From Candidatus Heimdallarchaeota archaeon (GTDB taxonomy: Archaea; Asgardarchaeota; Heimdallarchaeia; Heimdallarchaeales; Heimdallarchaeaceae), in contig JAEOTE010000100.1 in the NCBI GenBank assembly GCA_016839945.1, positions 1 to 37,610 of the forward strand: a stretch of DNA of 37,610 bases, written 5' to 3'. The notes beneath the pieces are model-generated. The model had not been told where the DNA came from and searched no databases. It saw only the letters and a list, made by a program, of their open reading frames with translations. Shown piece after piece: positions 27,943-36,829 of this stretch; positions within the stretch are counted from its first letter, which is position 1, and each line of letters starts with the position of its first letter. The translations under genes were made by a program, and so were the position numbers.

Positions 27943-28743
27943 GTGACACAGAAGAAATACTTACTAGCTCTCTCATTGATTATTATTCCACTACTTGCTA
28001 TTCCTATTAATGGGAATTATTCAGAGATTTCTGTAGGTTCGGAAAAACAATCAAAGACTTCTATAATTAAACAAACAACTTCTGATTTTACTATCCAAGA
28101 TGTAAATTCAGGTACATCCTATTCTCTTAGTGATTTTTGGGGTAAAGTTGTAGTTCTAGATATGTTTGCAACATGGTGTGGTCCATGCCAAATATCTCTT
28201 CCTTACTTAAGAGAGTTATATTCAGAATATTCAGAAGAAAAAGTTCAGATTATTTCGATTGCTGTTGATCCTTCTGAGAGTCTAGCTACTATCTCTCAAT
28301 TTCGTGATGATGAAAACATGGATTGGATTGTAGGTAAGGATTTAGATGGTTCCATTGCTACTGATTACGGTGTAAGTTCTATTCCAGTTTTCTATGTAAT
28401 AGATCAAAATGGAGAAATAGAATGGAATGATAGTGGTTTTACAGCTGATGGAACATGGCCAGTAATGGAAAGTACAATAAAAAAATTAGTGCGTGATGCT
28501 CAAGAGACACCAATAGTAGCAAGAGTATTTTTAATCATTCTTGAAGTAGGTGCTGGTTTAGGAGCTGCAGCTGGTATCATATTTGTTATATATAAAATAC
28601 GCAAACGATTAGGTGTTAAAAACTGTTTAAACTGCAATGCTGTGGCTAATTCAAAGTGTTCGAAATGTAGTACTTTGATATGTTCAAATTGTTCAGTAAA
28701 TGGTTGCCCAAATTGTGGTAGCACAAAATTTGTAAGATTATGA
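27943..28743 (+). CDS. TlpA-like thioredoxin - TM - 8-Cys zinc finger protein
   Basis: Signal peptide; DMFATWCGPC, SIPVFYVIDQNG; TM then KIRKR; CLNC-x7-CSKC-x4-CSNC-x4-CPNC. Confidence 0.85.
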   Translation: MTQKKYLLALSLIIIPLLAIPINGNYSEISVGSEKQSKTSIIKQTTSDFTIQDVNSGTSYSLSDFWGKVVVLDMFATWCGPCQISLPYLRELYSEYSEEKVQIISIAVDPSESLATISQFRDDENMDWIVGKDLDGSIATDYGVSSIPVFYVIDQNGEIEWNDSGFTADGTWPVMESTIKKLVRDAQETPIVARVFLIILEVGAGLGAAAGIIFVIYKIRKRLGVKNCLNCNAVANSKCSKCSTLICSNCSVNGCPNCGSTKFVRL

Positions 28744-29415
28744 TTTCTTCTTTTCTAATATCTTTTTCATTTTTGTAACACTAACTGCTTTTCCATGAGA
28801 AACAAATACTTCCTTCACTCCTTCTTTTAGAAGACGTTTCCAACTTGAATATATTTGATTTATATCTTCTGCAACTGTGGGTAATCCGGGATTAAATCGT
28901 AAAGGAAAACCATGAGCGCAACATCCAATAAAAGCAACACCATCTTCAGAAACTAACGAAACAGTTCCAAGAGTATGCCCTGGAGTGTGAATAACCTTAG
29001 CTTTAACACCAAATTCATCAAGAGAATATTCATCTTTTATAATTATATCAGGTTCAACAGGATCATATAGCTTTAGAGATTTAGGTATTAGTTTGAAGAG
29101 TAACTTAACTACAAAAGAAATGGGTTTAGGTTCTACGCTTATCCCTTTACGAAGATATTCTGCATCGTTTTCATGAACAAGAACTTTAGCATTAGTGATT
29201 TCCTTTAATGTTTTTAGTCCTCCTACATGATCAAAATGGGCGTGGTTGACAATAATTAATTTGATCTCGCTTGGATCAATGTTGTTTTTCTTTAACAAAC
29301 GAAGATATTTTTTAACATTAGATTTATAACCAGCATCCATCTGAACATAGCCTTTTTCTCCCTTAAGTAATTGGATATTGGTAAAACCTAGATCAAGTTC
29401 AATATGTTTTGCCAT
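28738..29415 (-). CDS. Metallo-beta-lactamase fold hydrolase
   Basis: MDAG, HAHFDH, HTPGHT, final SHG. Confidence 0.88.
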   Translation of the reverse strand: MAKHIELDLGFTNIQLLKGEKGYVQMDAGYKSNVKKYLRLLKKNNIDPSEIKLIIVNHAHFDHVGGLKTLKEITNAKVLVHENDAEYLRKGISVEPKPISFVVKLLFKLIPKSLKLYDPVEPDIIIKDEYSLDEFGVKAKVIHTPGHTLGTVSLVSEDGVAFIGCCAHGFPLRFNPGLPTVAEDINQIYSSWKRLLKEGVKEVFVSHGKAVSVTKMKKILEKKKS

Positions 29416-29513
29416 AAAACCTTAATTGATATATTTTTTTTAAGCGTTCTGATGGATTTTGTATTAAAATTACTCCGAGTTGTAAACAAGTAGAAGAGAA
29501 GGGATTATTATTT

Positions 29514-30323
29514 TCAATTTATGAATTCTATTATATCTTTAGTAAACTGCTTACTAGTTATAATATTATGACCTTTGTTTGCATAGATTTTTAGGATTGC
29601 TTCTGGAATTAATTGCTCCATTTCCTTTAGGTAATTCAAAGGCATATAGTAATCATTATCTCCACAGAGAATTAGGACTGGTTTCTTAATCTCTGTTAAT
29701 CGATCTTTGGTATTATGTGTGACTTCAGCATTTGCTTCAATAAGTGTATCCTGACCGTAAGTTTCACCTTTAAAACTCATAAATGAACCAAAGAAATAAA
29801 ATAATGGTCTTAACAAAAATCTCATGAATCTATTAGAAATGAAAACTGTAGGTATAGTAGAGAACGCTTTACCAGGTTTTCCTCCACTTATGTACTTTGC
29901 ATAGTTTAGATCAAATCGCATTCCTTCATCTGAACCCTTGTAAGTGGCCATAGCTACTATGAAATAATCACTCATCTCAGGAAAATCAGCAGCAAAATGT
30001 TGAATAATAAAACCTCCAAAAGAAATACCTATAATTACATCCACTTTTCCATTAAACTCTTGATTTATCATCGTTGCATAATCATTTGACATATCTAAAG
30101 TTGTATAATTTTCTGGTAAACCTGATTTTCTAGAGACGAAATAAACTGTATAATCCTGAGTGAAGGTAAAGAAGGATTTCGCAGACATTCTAAAACCTAA
30201 ACCTTCTTGAAGCATATTCCCTGGTCCTCCCTGAAAGACAATCATGTTTTTCTTGCCTGAGCCAAATTTTAGATAAGGAATACCATTTGAAAAAATGTCA
30301 TAAACAGGTTTAATCTTACTCAA
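29514..30323 (-). CDS. Alpha/beta hydrolase
   Basis: Nucleophile elbow GISFGG, PVLILCGDND, GH near the C-terminus. Confidence 0.88.
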   Translation of the reverse strand: MSKIKPVYDIFSNGIPYLKFGSGKKNMIVFQGGPGNMLQEGLGFRMSAKSFFTFTQDYTVYFVSRKSGLPENYTTLDMSNDYATMINQEFNGKVDVIIGISFGGFIIQHFAADFPEMSDYFIVAMATYKGSDEGMRFDLNYAKYISGGKPGKAFSTIPTVFISNRFMRFLLRPLFYFFGSFMSFKGETYGQDTLIEANAEVTHNTKDRLTEIKKPVLILCGDNDYYMPLNYLKEMEQLIPEAILKIYANKGHNIITSKQFTKDIIEFIN

Positions 30324-30464
30324 TTTATTTATCTCCGCATATTCATAAACAAAATTAAAAGAGTATATGGCTTATATGAATAATTGCTTTTGTATTAGAG
30401 AATTTTAAAAATATTAAAAGAGAAAACGTAAGATTACTCAAGATAAGCTGTAATTGTTTAAATT

Positions 30465-30896
30465 CTATTCTGAGCTTATATCATTAGCTTCTGATAGATG
30501 TTGTTGACATATTCTCCAACTACCATCACGTTTCTCCAGAATCCCTGTCCATCGAATATCTTTTGCGCCCCATGGCTCTCCATCATATTCTCCTTCATCG
30601 TCTACTATTGCAGAGAACCAAGCTACATTTTTACTCTTTGCTATTACAATTCTTAAATCTCTTATATCGTATCCTTTAGCAATGTTTCGTTCATCCATCC
30701 ATCCGTCCAAGAATTTTTCAAATTGTTTCCATCCTATAGCAGTACTCTTAGAGTCAGGAAAAATTGAGAAATAATCCTCGTCGTTTGCAAAGATGCTTTC
30801 AAAGAGAGCTCGATCTTTGGTTAAGGCCCATCCAAAAGCATCATGAAGAATTCTACTAATTTCATGTTTTATTTCAGTTTCATTAGAAGAAGACAT
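30465..30896 (-). CDS. SnoaL/NTF2-like protein
   Basis: AIGW, NVAW, RWTGILEKRDGSWRICQQHLS signature. Confidence 0.85.
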   Translation of the reverse strand: MSSSNETEIKHEISRILHDAFGWALTKDRALFESIFANDEDYFSIFPDSKSTAIGWKQFEKFLDGWMDERNIAKGYDIRDLRIVIAKSKNVAWFSAIVDDEGEYDGEPWGAKDIRWTGILEKRDGSWRICQQHLSEANDISSE

Positions 30897-31065
30897 TTCA
30901 AATCAACTAGGAATCTTTTTCTTGAAAAATAATAAGTTTTTATGTAGGTGTGAAAAAAAAATAAAAATCGTCGTATGTGCAGTTTTAAGCACATATTTAC
31001 TTTAATTTGTTAAAGGTTAATCCTTAATATATTCTGTATTTTTCTTTTCAAAGGGTTAGATAAAA

Positions 31066-33057
31066 TTGAAAAAAGAATCTATAAGATTAAGTGGTAATTC
31101 CTTCCTTAGGATTGTTATCTTGTTATTAGTTATTACACTTATCCCGTTTTCATATGCAGAAAATAATAATAAACTCTTTGATATAGAAATTCAGAAGATT
31201 TCTTATGATCCAATAATTATTTCATCAGATGCTGATTTTGGACCTTCAGGATATAATCTTCCGGGTTCTGGAACCTTTGGAGATCCTTACAGAATTGAGA
31301 AGTTAAACATCAATACACAGGCAGAATATGCAGTAGAAATAAGAGAAGTAACTTCCTATTTCGTGGTTGAAAGTAATAATCTGAAAGGATCTTTAGGAGG
31401 TCTTTATATCTCAAGTATTCTTCCTGGTCACACAAATATTTCTAATAATTCGTTCATTAAAATCGAAGATGGTACAGGAATTATTCTTACCAGTTCTGAT
31501 CAAGTTGAGATTAGAAATAACAATTTTCTTGATACAAATACAGCAATTGATTGTTCTCTTTCTACTGATGTTTCTATTATTGATAACGATATCAAATTTG
31601 GAAATAATGGAATAATCTTGAAAGATTCTCCAGGAGCTTTGATAAGGAATAATGAAATCTTATCTATGACAGGAAATTCCATTAGATTACAAGATTCCCA
31701 CTCTTCTCAGATTCGTTTGAATCAGATTAATGAAACTGGTACTGCTATGATTCTTGAATCAAATCATGTAGATGTTTGCAGTAATGTCATTTATGCAAAT
31801 ACTCAGGGAATACTAATTGAACAATCTATAGGTAGTAAATTCTGCGAAAATTTCATCTATCACAATTTAGGGGGAGCGATTTATCTCTCAACCTCAATTC
31901 AAAATATTAAAGAAGATAATGTGTTTTACCATAATTATTTCATTGCAAATAGTGAAGGAGAAAATCCTCAAGCAAAAAGTTATGGAACAAATAACACTTG
32001 GTATAACACAACACTGAATGAAGGAAACTATTGGAATGATGCAAATAAAACTGGACCATATTATCTTGAAGGAGCTATAGATTATTATCCTCTTACAACA
32101 ACTGATCGAGACAATGATGGACTAGATGATATAAACGAGAGATACGTATATTTTACAGATTTAGATTTCAATGATACAGATTTAGATGAACTTCTTGATG
32201 GAGAAGAGGTCTATACCTATTTCACAAGTCCTACTGATTCAGATTCAGACAATGATCGATTGAAAGATGGTGAAGAAGTTTTAATTTACGGAACAAACGC
32301 CTTAGATCCTGATACTGACAATGATTTATTGGATGATTATGAAGAACTTATGATTTACTTCACAGATGCTTTTGATCCAGATACTGATGATGACTCAATT
32401 CCTGACGGATGGGAAGTACTGAAAGGTCTTGATCCTTTAGTTGATGATTCTACATTAGATTACGACAATGATGAATTAAGCAATGTTGAGGAATATTACC
32501 TTGGTACACATCCATTCTTAAATGATACAGATTTTGATGATTTATTAGATGGAATAGAGGTGAATACTTACGGTACAGACCCTCTAGACAAAGATTCAGA
32601 CAATGACAACTTATTTGATGGTGAGGAGATTTTGGTGTATTTCACTAATGCTCTTAATCCGGATTCTGACAATGACACTCTCACAGATGGGATTGAGGTC
32701 AATGTTTATTTTACAAACCCTTTGAGTAATGATACAGATCTTGATAATTTGCCTGATCCATGGGAGATAGAATATGAACTTGATCCTTTGTTTGATGATT
32801 CATCTCTTGATCCTGATAATGACGATCTTACAAATTTAGGAGAATATTTAGCGGGAACACACCCATTTCTAAATGACACAGACGGGGACAAATTCTTGGA
32901 TGGAAAAGAAGTAAAAGCTGGAACTGATCCTCTGGATCCAAATGATTATCCCTTGTCTTCAAAACAGATAACTATGATTATAATTAGTTCTGTATCTGTA
33001 GCTATTATAGTTTCCGCATTAATAACAGGAATAGTAACTAAAATTCGTAAACGATGA
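31066..33057 (+). CDS. Surface protein: right-handed beta-helix + Ca-binding TSP3-like repeats + C-terminal TM
   Basis: Signal peptide; GSGTFGDPYRI cap; beta-helix repeats; GNYW...DYYPL; 12 DxDxDxxxDxxE-type repeats; TM + KIRKR. Confidence 0.85.
   Translation: MKKESIRLSGNSFLRIVILLLVITLIPFSYAENNNKLFDIEIQKISYDPIIISSDADFGPSGYNLPGSGTFGDPYRIEKLNINTQAEYAVEIREVTSYFVVESNNLKGSLGGLYISSILPGHTNISNNSFIKIEDGTGIILTSSDQVEIRNNNFLDTNTAIDCSLSTDVSIIDNDIKFGNNGIILKDSPGALIRNNEILSMTGNSIRLQDSHSSQIRLNQINETGTAMILESNHVDVCSNVIYANTQGILIEQSIGSKFCENFIYHNLGGAIYLSTSIQNIKEDNVFYHNYFIANSEGENPQAKSYGTNNTWYNTTLNEGNYWNDANKTGPYYLEGAIDYYPLTTTDRDNDGLDDINERYVYFTDLDFNDTDLDELLDGEEVYTYFTSPTDSDSDNDRLKDGEEVLIYGTNALDPDTDNDLLDDYEELMIYFTDAFDPDTDDDSIPDGWEVLKGLDPLVDDSTLDYDNDELSNVEEYYLGTHPFLNDTDFDDLLDGIEVNTYGTDPLDKDSDNDNLFDGEEILVYFTNALNPDSDNDTLTDGIEVNVYFTNPLSNDTDLDNLPDPWEIEYELDPLFDDSSLDPDNDDLTNLGEYLAGTHPFLNDTDGDKFLDGKEVKAGTDPLDPNDYPLSSKQITMIIISSVSVAIIVSALITGIVTKIRKR
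32101..32946 (+). repeat. Twelve intragenic TSP3-like acidic repeats of about 22-26 aa
   Basis: Units such as DTDLDELLDGEE, DSDNDRLKDGEE, DSDNDTLTDGIE; a three-unit block containing GTHPFLNDTD occurs twice. Confidence 0.85.
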
Positions 33058-33389
33058 GATTACATTAGGAGATTTTTCTTTTCTAAGATTTGCATTACAA
33101 TGTTTTCATGAAAAAAATCTCTAAAAAAAATGAAAAAATGAAAATAGGGAGGAGTAAAATTACTCTTTCTTTAATAATTTTTGAACGACTTTCTTGGTTC
33201 GGAAAATTATAATGAGGGTTCAAAGTAAGATTGCACTTAAAATAAGGTATTCAGAAAAAGTTAGTTATAAAGTTTTTAATACAGAGATGATTGTTTAAAA
33301 TTTCTCAGAATGGTCATTATTCAGCGAATTGTATCTGAATTTCTTTTTCATTATTAGTTTAACAGAGAAATCTTTCAAAGTTATATTAT

Positions 33390-34346
33390 TTAAATAATAT
33401 TAACTTGTAGACCAGCTTCTCTAGCCAATGTTTCAAAGGTTCTAAGACCATTTTCTTGAGATTCTGAGTGAATTTTTAGTGAATATTGACGACCTAATTC
33501 TTCATATTTACCTTTTCCCCATTCATGATATTTGAGAAACCTAATTTTTTTGATTCCTAGTTCTGTACAGAAATTGATTGTCTTTTTGATGTTTTCTAAA
33601 TCATCATTGATTCTTGGAATAATTGGGACAGAAATAGTTATTTTATTAACGTCAATTTGACTTAATTTTTTTAGATTCATGTGAATTTTCTCATTATTTA
33701 CCCCTGTTAACTCTTTATGTAATTTTGCATCCATAATCTTCAAGTCAAAAAAGAAGAAATCAATTTTTTGTATAAAATCTGCAACCTTTCGCCAATCAAA
33801 AAATCCACAGGTTTCTATTCCAACAGAAAATCCAATTGCCATAGTCTTCTTTAAAAACTCCCTAATAAAATCTGTATGAGCTAGAGGTTCACCACCTGAG
33901 AGTGTTATCCCACCTCCTGAGTTTCTGAATAATAAAGAATTCTTTTTTACTCTCTCAAATAAGTCTAAAACTGAAATACTGTATCCAACTGTTCTTAAAG
34001 CATTTTCAGGACACACTTGAGTACATATCTTTGATTCACAGATTGAACATTTCTTTCTGTTAATAATTGGGCATTCCAAATTAGAAAAATCAATACTAGA
34101 ATAAGTGCAAGCTTTTTCACATTTTCTACATCTCTTACATTTGATTTCAGAGTAAAAAATTTCTGGTTCAAATAGTTGACTTTCTGGATTTGAACACCAG
34201 ATACATTGAAGGTAGCATCCTTTAAAAAAAACAACTGTCCTTATTCCTGTCCCATCATCCACACAATAATCTTGTATATTAAAAATCGTTGTTTCCTCAT
34301 TCTTGAAGGATAATGGATTTGTTAAATCTTGTGTCAATATCATCAA
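33390..34346 (-). CDS. Glycyl-radical enzyme activating enzyme (radical SAM) with ferredoxin-like insert
   Basis: DGTGIRTVVFFKGCYLQCIWCSNPES (CxxxCxxC); insert CKRCRKCEKAC...CSICESKICTQVCP; GGITLSGGEP; IETCG; start overlaps the GRE stop (ATGA). Confidence 0.95.
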   Translation of the reverse strand: MMILTQDLTNPLSFKNEETTIFNIQDYCVDDGTGIRTVVFFKGCYLQCIWCSNPESQLFEPEIFYSEIKCKRCRKCEKACTYSSIDFSNLECPIINRKKCSICESKICTQVCPENALRTVGYSISVLDLFERVKKNSLLFRNSGGGITLSGGEPLAHTDFIREFLKKTMAIGFSVGIETCGFFDWRKVADFIQKIDFFFFDLKIMDAKLHKELTGVNNEKIHMNLKKLSQIDVNKITISVPIIPRINDDLENIKKTINFCTELGIKKIRFLKYHEWGKGKYEELGRQYSLKIHSESQENGLRTFETLAREAGLQVNII

Positions 34347-36829
34347 AGCTCTAATTCAGTTCTTTCAATAATTTGGTCTTGAATGGACTTGCTTAATTCA
34401 ACGAAGAAAGCACTAAATCCAGCGACTCTAACAATTAAATCACGATATTTATCTGGATTATTCTGAGCATCTCTTAACATCTCAGTATGAACTACATTAA
34501 ATTGTAATTGAAAACCAAGGTAATCAAAATATGTCTTGATCAAGGAAATTAATTTTTTTGAACCTAAAATTCCTTTAAGAGTAACAGGATGGAATTTCAT
34601 ATTGTGAAGTCCTCCTCTTATTTTGGTGTGGTCAACTTTTGCTGCTGATAAGATTGCAGCAACTGGTCCATTGACATCAGTTCCAGGAAATGGTGAAGTT
34701 ACTCCATCGCATAAAGGTATTTCAGCAAGTCTCCCATCAGGTGTTGCTCCAGTTACTTTCCCAAATGGTGTGTGAGTGCTAATCGCTAACATTGATGGAT
34801 CATATGGTTTCCCTAAATAATTAATACCATTCTTTACAAATTCACAGTAGGTATCAAAGAGATCAACAAAAATCTCATCAACGTCATCATCATCATTACC
34901 CCATTTAGGAGCATCAAGAGCTTTTCTTCTCATATCATCGTTGTTTTCAAAATTATTTTTACAAGCTTCCATAACTTCTGCCATAGTAAATAGTTTTTGA
35001 TCTTCTACAAGCCTTTTTACTGCAGCAAGAGAATTTGCAACATTTACCATTCCTGAAGAAAGCGTTGTTGGCACTTCATTACAAATAGCTCCACCATCAT
35101 CAAGAGATAAACCTCTTTCTACACAATCCCGGATTAAAACTGAAGAATAAATTAGATTACAAGTCTGTCGATGAGCTGCCATAACAATATTCCAGTAAGA
35201 TTGCCAATTCTGTATTGCTGTTTCTAAGTGAATTTTGTAAACCTTAATTAATTCTTCATAACTTCTTGGAATTTTTGTTTCAGTGAACTGTAAGTCTGTA
35301 CGTGGATCTTTCCCCCCATACATAGCTAATTCAAGTAATTTGCCATGATTAATAAATCCTGCTTGAACAATTCCATAACTCATTCCTTCCATGGTTGGTT
35401 CTGTGCAACCTCCCATAGCAGCATATTTCCTAATAACAGGAACTGGTAATCCAGATGTTTGTAATTCATGTTGGATATAGATCTTGAGATTGAACCAAGC
35501 TGGGAAGCCACATCCAGTTTTAACACATTCAACTGCTTTTAGAAGAAATTCCTCACTAAGAGAATCATCATACCATATCGATAATGTCGGTTGTGTAGTT
35601 TGACAATTAATAGCTGATTGCAGAATTAACATTGATAATTCGTTATCTCCACGTCTTCCATTTTCATCAGTCCCACCAATAATCATATTTTGAAATAAAT
35701 TTCCTGATCCAAGTCCTTCCCATGAGAAAGAAGCAACATATTCAATTTCAGTCATTTTTATACGTAATGCTTCTAGTAACTCTAATACTTCATCTTCAGA
35801 AATTTGAGTATCTTCTTTATAAAATGGATACATATATCTATCGAATCTTCCAGGTGAATACCCAAGGTGAGCTCCTTCGATATGACCCGCTAAGTAAATA
35901 AACCAAAAAGCTTGCATAGCTTCTATAAAGTTTCTTGGTGGATTTTCTGGTACCCATTTACAATGACCAGCTATTGTTAATAACTCCTGTTTTCTCTTTG
36001 GATCCATTTCTGTCTGTGCTAATCTTTCTGCTTCATTAGCATAATTGTTCGCCCAAGTAATTGTCGCTTCTAAGACTCTTATTCCAGCTTTCCAAAAATA
36101 TACTTTTTCTGCTGATTTATAGTCAGTTATTTGTGTTTTCAAGATATTTTTTTTCATTTTCTCAATAATTTTTTGAAAACCTTCATTTAAAGCAGTTTCA
36201 AAATCAAGAACATATCTTCCTTCTGGAGCAGGATCATGTGGGGCTGTATATAATACTGCTTCCCATCCCTTCTCTATGTAGTCTGCTGCTGAAAAAGTAG
36301 TTTTCCATAAAGCATCTCCCACATCCTGCATACTTTTACCTTTAAAATATTCTGCACATTCTTTCAGATTATCTTTGTCCTTTTTTGATATTAGAAATTT
36401 ATGTGAAAAAATATCTAAATCTTCTGATTGAGCGAGTTCCCTTCCTTTAGCAATCCCACCTCCATCTCCTAAATCAGTAACACTATCTTGAGCTTCTTGT
36501 TGCTTTTCTTCAAATATTTTCAAAATGAAATCAGATGCATAATTGCAATAAGGAATTGCTCCACGAACAAATCTTGTTTTACTTCCAACAATAAGCTCAT
36601 TATCTCTTATTACTGGTGTTAAATTCTCTAAAGCATAAGCATGACATTCAGCTCTTCTTTCTAAAACATTCATTCCATCAGTTTTACGATGAGCTTCCAT
36701 GTAACCATAAATATACTCTGGATCAATCATCAAAGGTTCTGATAAATATTGATCACGTAAGTGTCGAATTCTTTCAGTTGAAGGTTGTTTAATAATTTCT
36801 CTTGGTTCAAAGGTAAGTGATTCAGTCAC
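34343..36829 (-). CDS. Glycyl radical enzyme, likely related to arylacetate (4-hydroxyphenylacetate-type) decarboxylases
   Basis: Gly loop LIVRVAGFS; single-Cys loop MGGCTEP; SPGRFD, APKWGND, ATPDGR; GTG start with GAGGT SD. Not PFL (no CC pair). Confidence 0.9.
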   Translation of the reverse strand: MTESLTFEPREIIKQPSTERIRHLRDQYLSEPLMIDPEYIYGYMEAHRKTDGMNVLERRAECHAYALENLTPVIRDNELIVGSKTRFVRGAIPYCNYASDFILKIFEEKQQEAQDSVTDLGDGGGIAKGRELAQSEDLDIFSHKFLISKKDKDNLKECAEYFKGKSMQDVGDALWKTTFSAADYIEKGWEAVLYTAPHDPAPEGRYVLDFETALNEGFQKIIEKMKKNILKTQITDYKSAEKVYFWKAGIRVLEATITWANNYANEAERLAQTEMDPKRKQELLTIAGHCKWVPENPPRNFIEAMQAFWFIYLAGHIEGAHLGYSPGRFDRYMYPFYKEDTQISEDEVLELLEALRIKMTEIEYVASFSWEGLGSGNLFQNMIIGGTDENGRRGDNELSMLILQSAINCQTTQPTLSIWYDDSLSEEFLLKAVECVKTGCGFPAWFNLKIYIQHELQTSGLPVPVIRKYAAMGGCTEPTMEGMSYGIVQAGFINHGKLLELAMYGGKDPRTDLQFTETKIPRSYEELIKVYKIHLETAIQNWQSYWNIVMAAHRQTCNLIYSSVLIRDCVERGLSLDDGGAICNEVPTTLSSGMVNVANSLAAVKRLVEDQKLFTMAEVMEACKNNFENNDDMRRKALDAPKWGNDDDDVDEIFVDLFDTYCEFVKNGINYLGKPYDPSMLAISTHTPFGKVTGATPDGRLAEIPLCDGVTSPFPGTDVNGPVAAILSAAKVDHTKIRGGLHNMKFHPVTLKGILGSKKLISLIKTYFDYLGFQLQFNVVHTEMLRDAQNNPDKYRDLIVRVAGFSAFFVELSKSIQDQIIERTELEL

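Noticed and set aside
24357-28743. Selenocysteine read-through in the redox genes
   Set aside because: All active sites are complete CxxC with Cys codons, and TGA codons occur only at plausible protein ends.
1350-32891. Short alternative-frame or antisense ORFs in the track (e.g. 1350-1583, 1738-2022, 3568-3843, 8963-9148, 9126-9311, 10712-11065, 11786-12010, 12249-12518, 12493-12681, 13863-14144, 15199-15399, 23323-23544, 24293-24553, 25433-25633, 28500-28724, 31500-31682, 32706-32891)
   Set aside because: All overlap well-supported genes and show no recognisable motifs; treated as shadow ORFs.
32101-32946. Periodic repeats resembling a CRISPR or tandem DNA array
   Set aside because: Conservation is at the amino-acid level within an intact ORF; no identical nucleotide repeats with unique spacers.
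33995-34234. 79-aa ORF as a possible HpdC-like small subunit of the GRE
   Set aside because: It lies wholly inside the activase gene in another frame and has only one Cys, so it cannot be an Fe-S subunit.
34343-36829. Annotation as pyruvate formate-lyase or choline TMA-lyase
   Set aside because: No adjacent CC pair of PFL; the Cys loop is GGCTE rather than the MGCVE of CutC, and no microcompartment genes are nearby.
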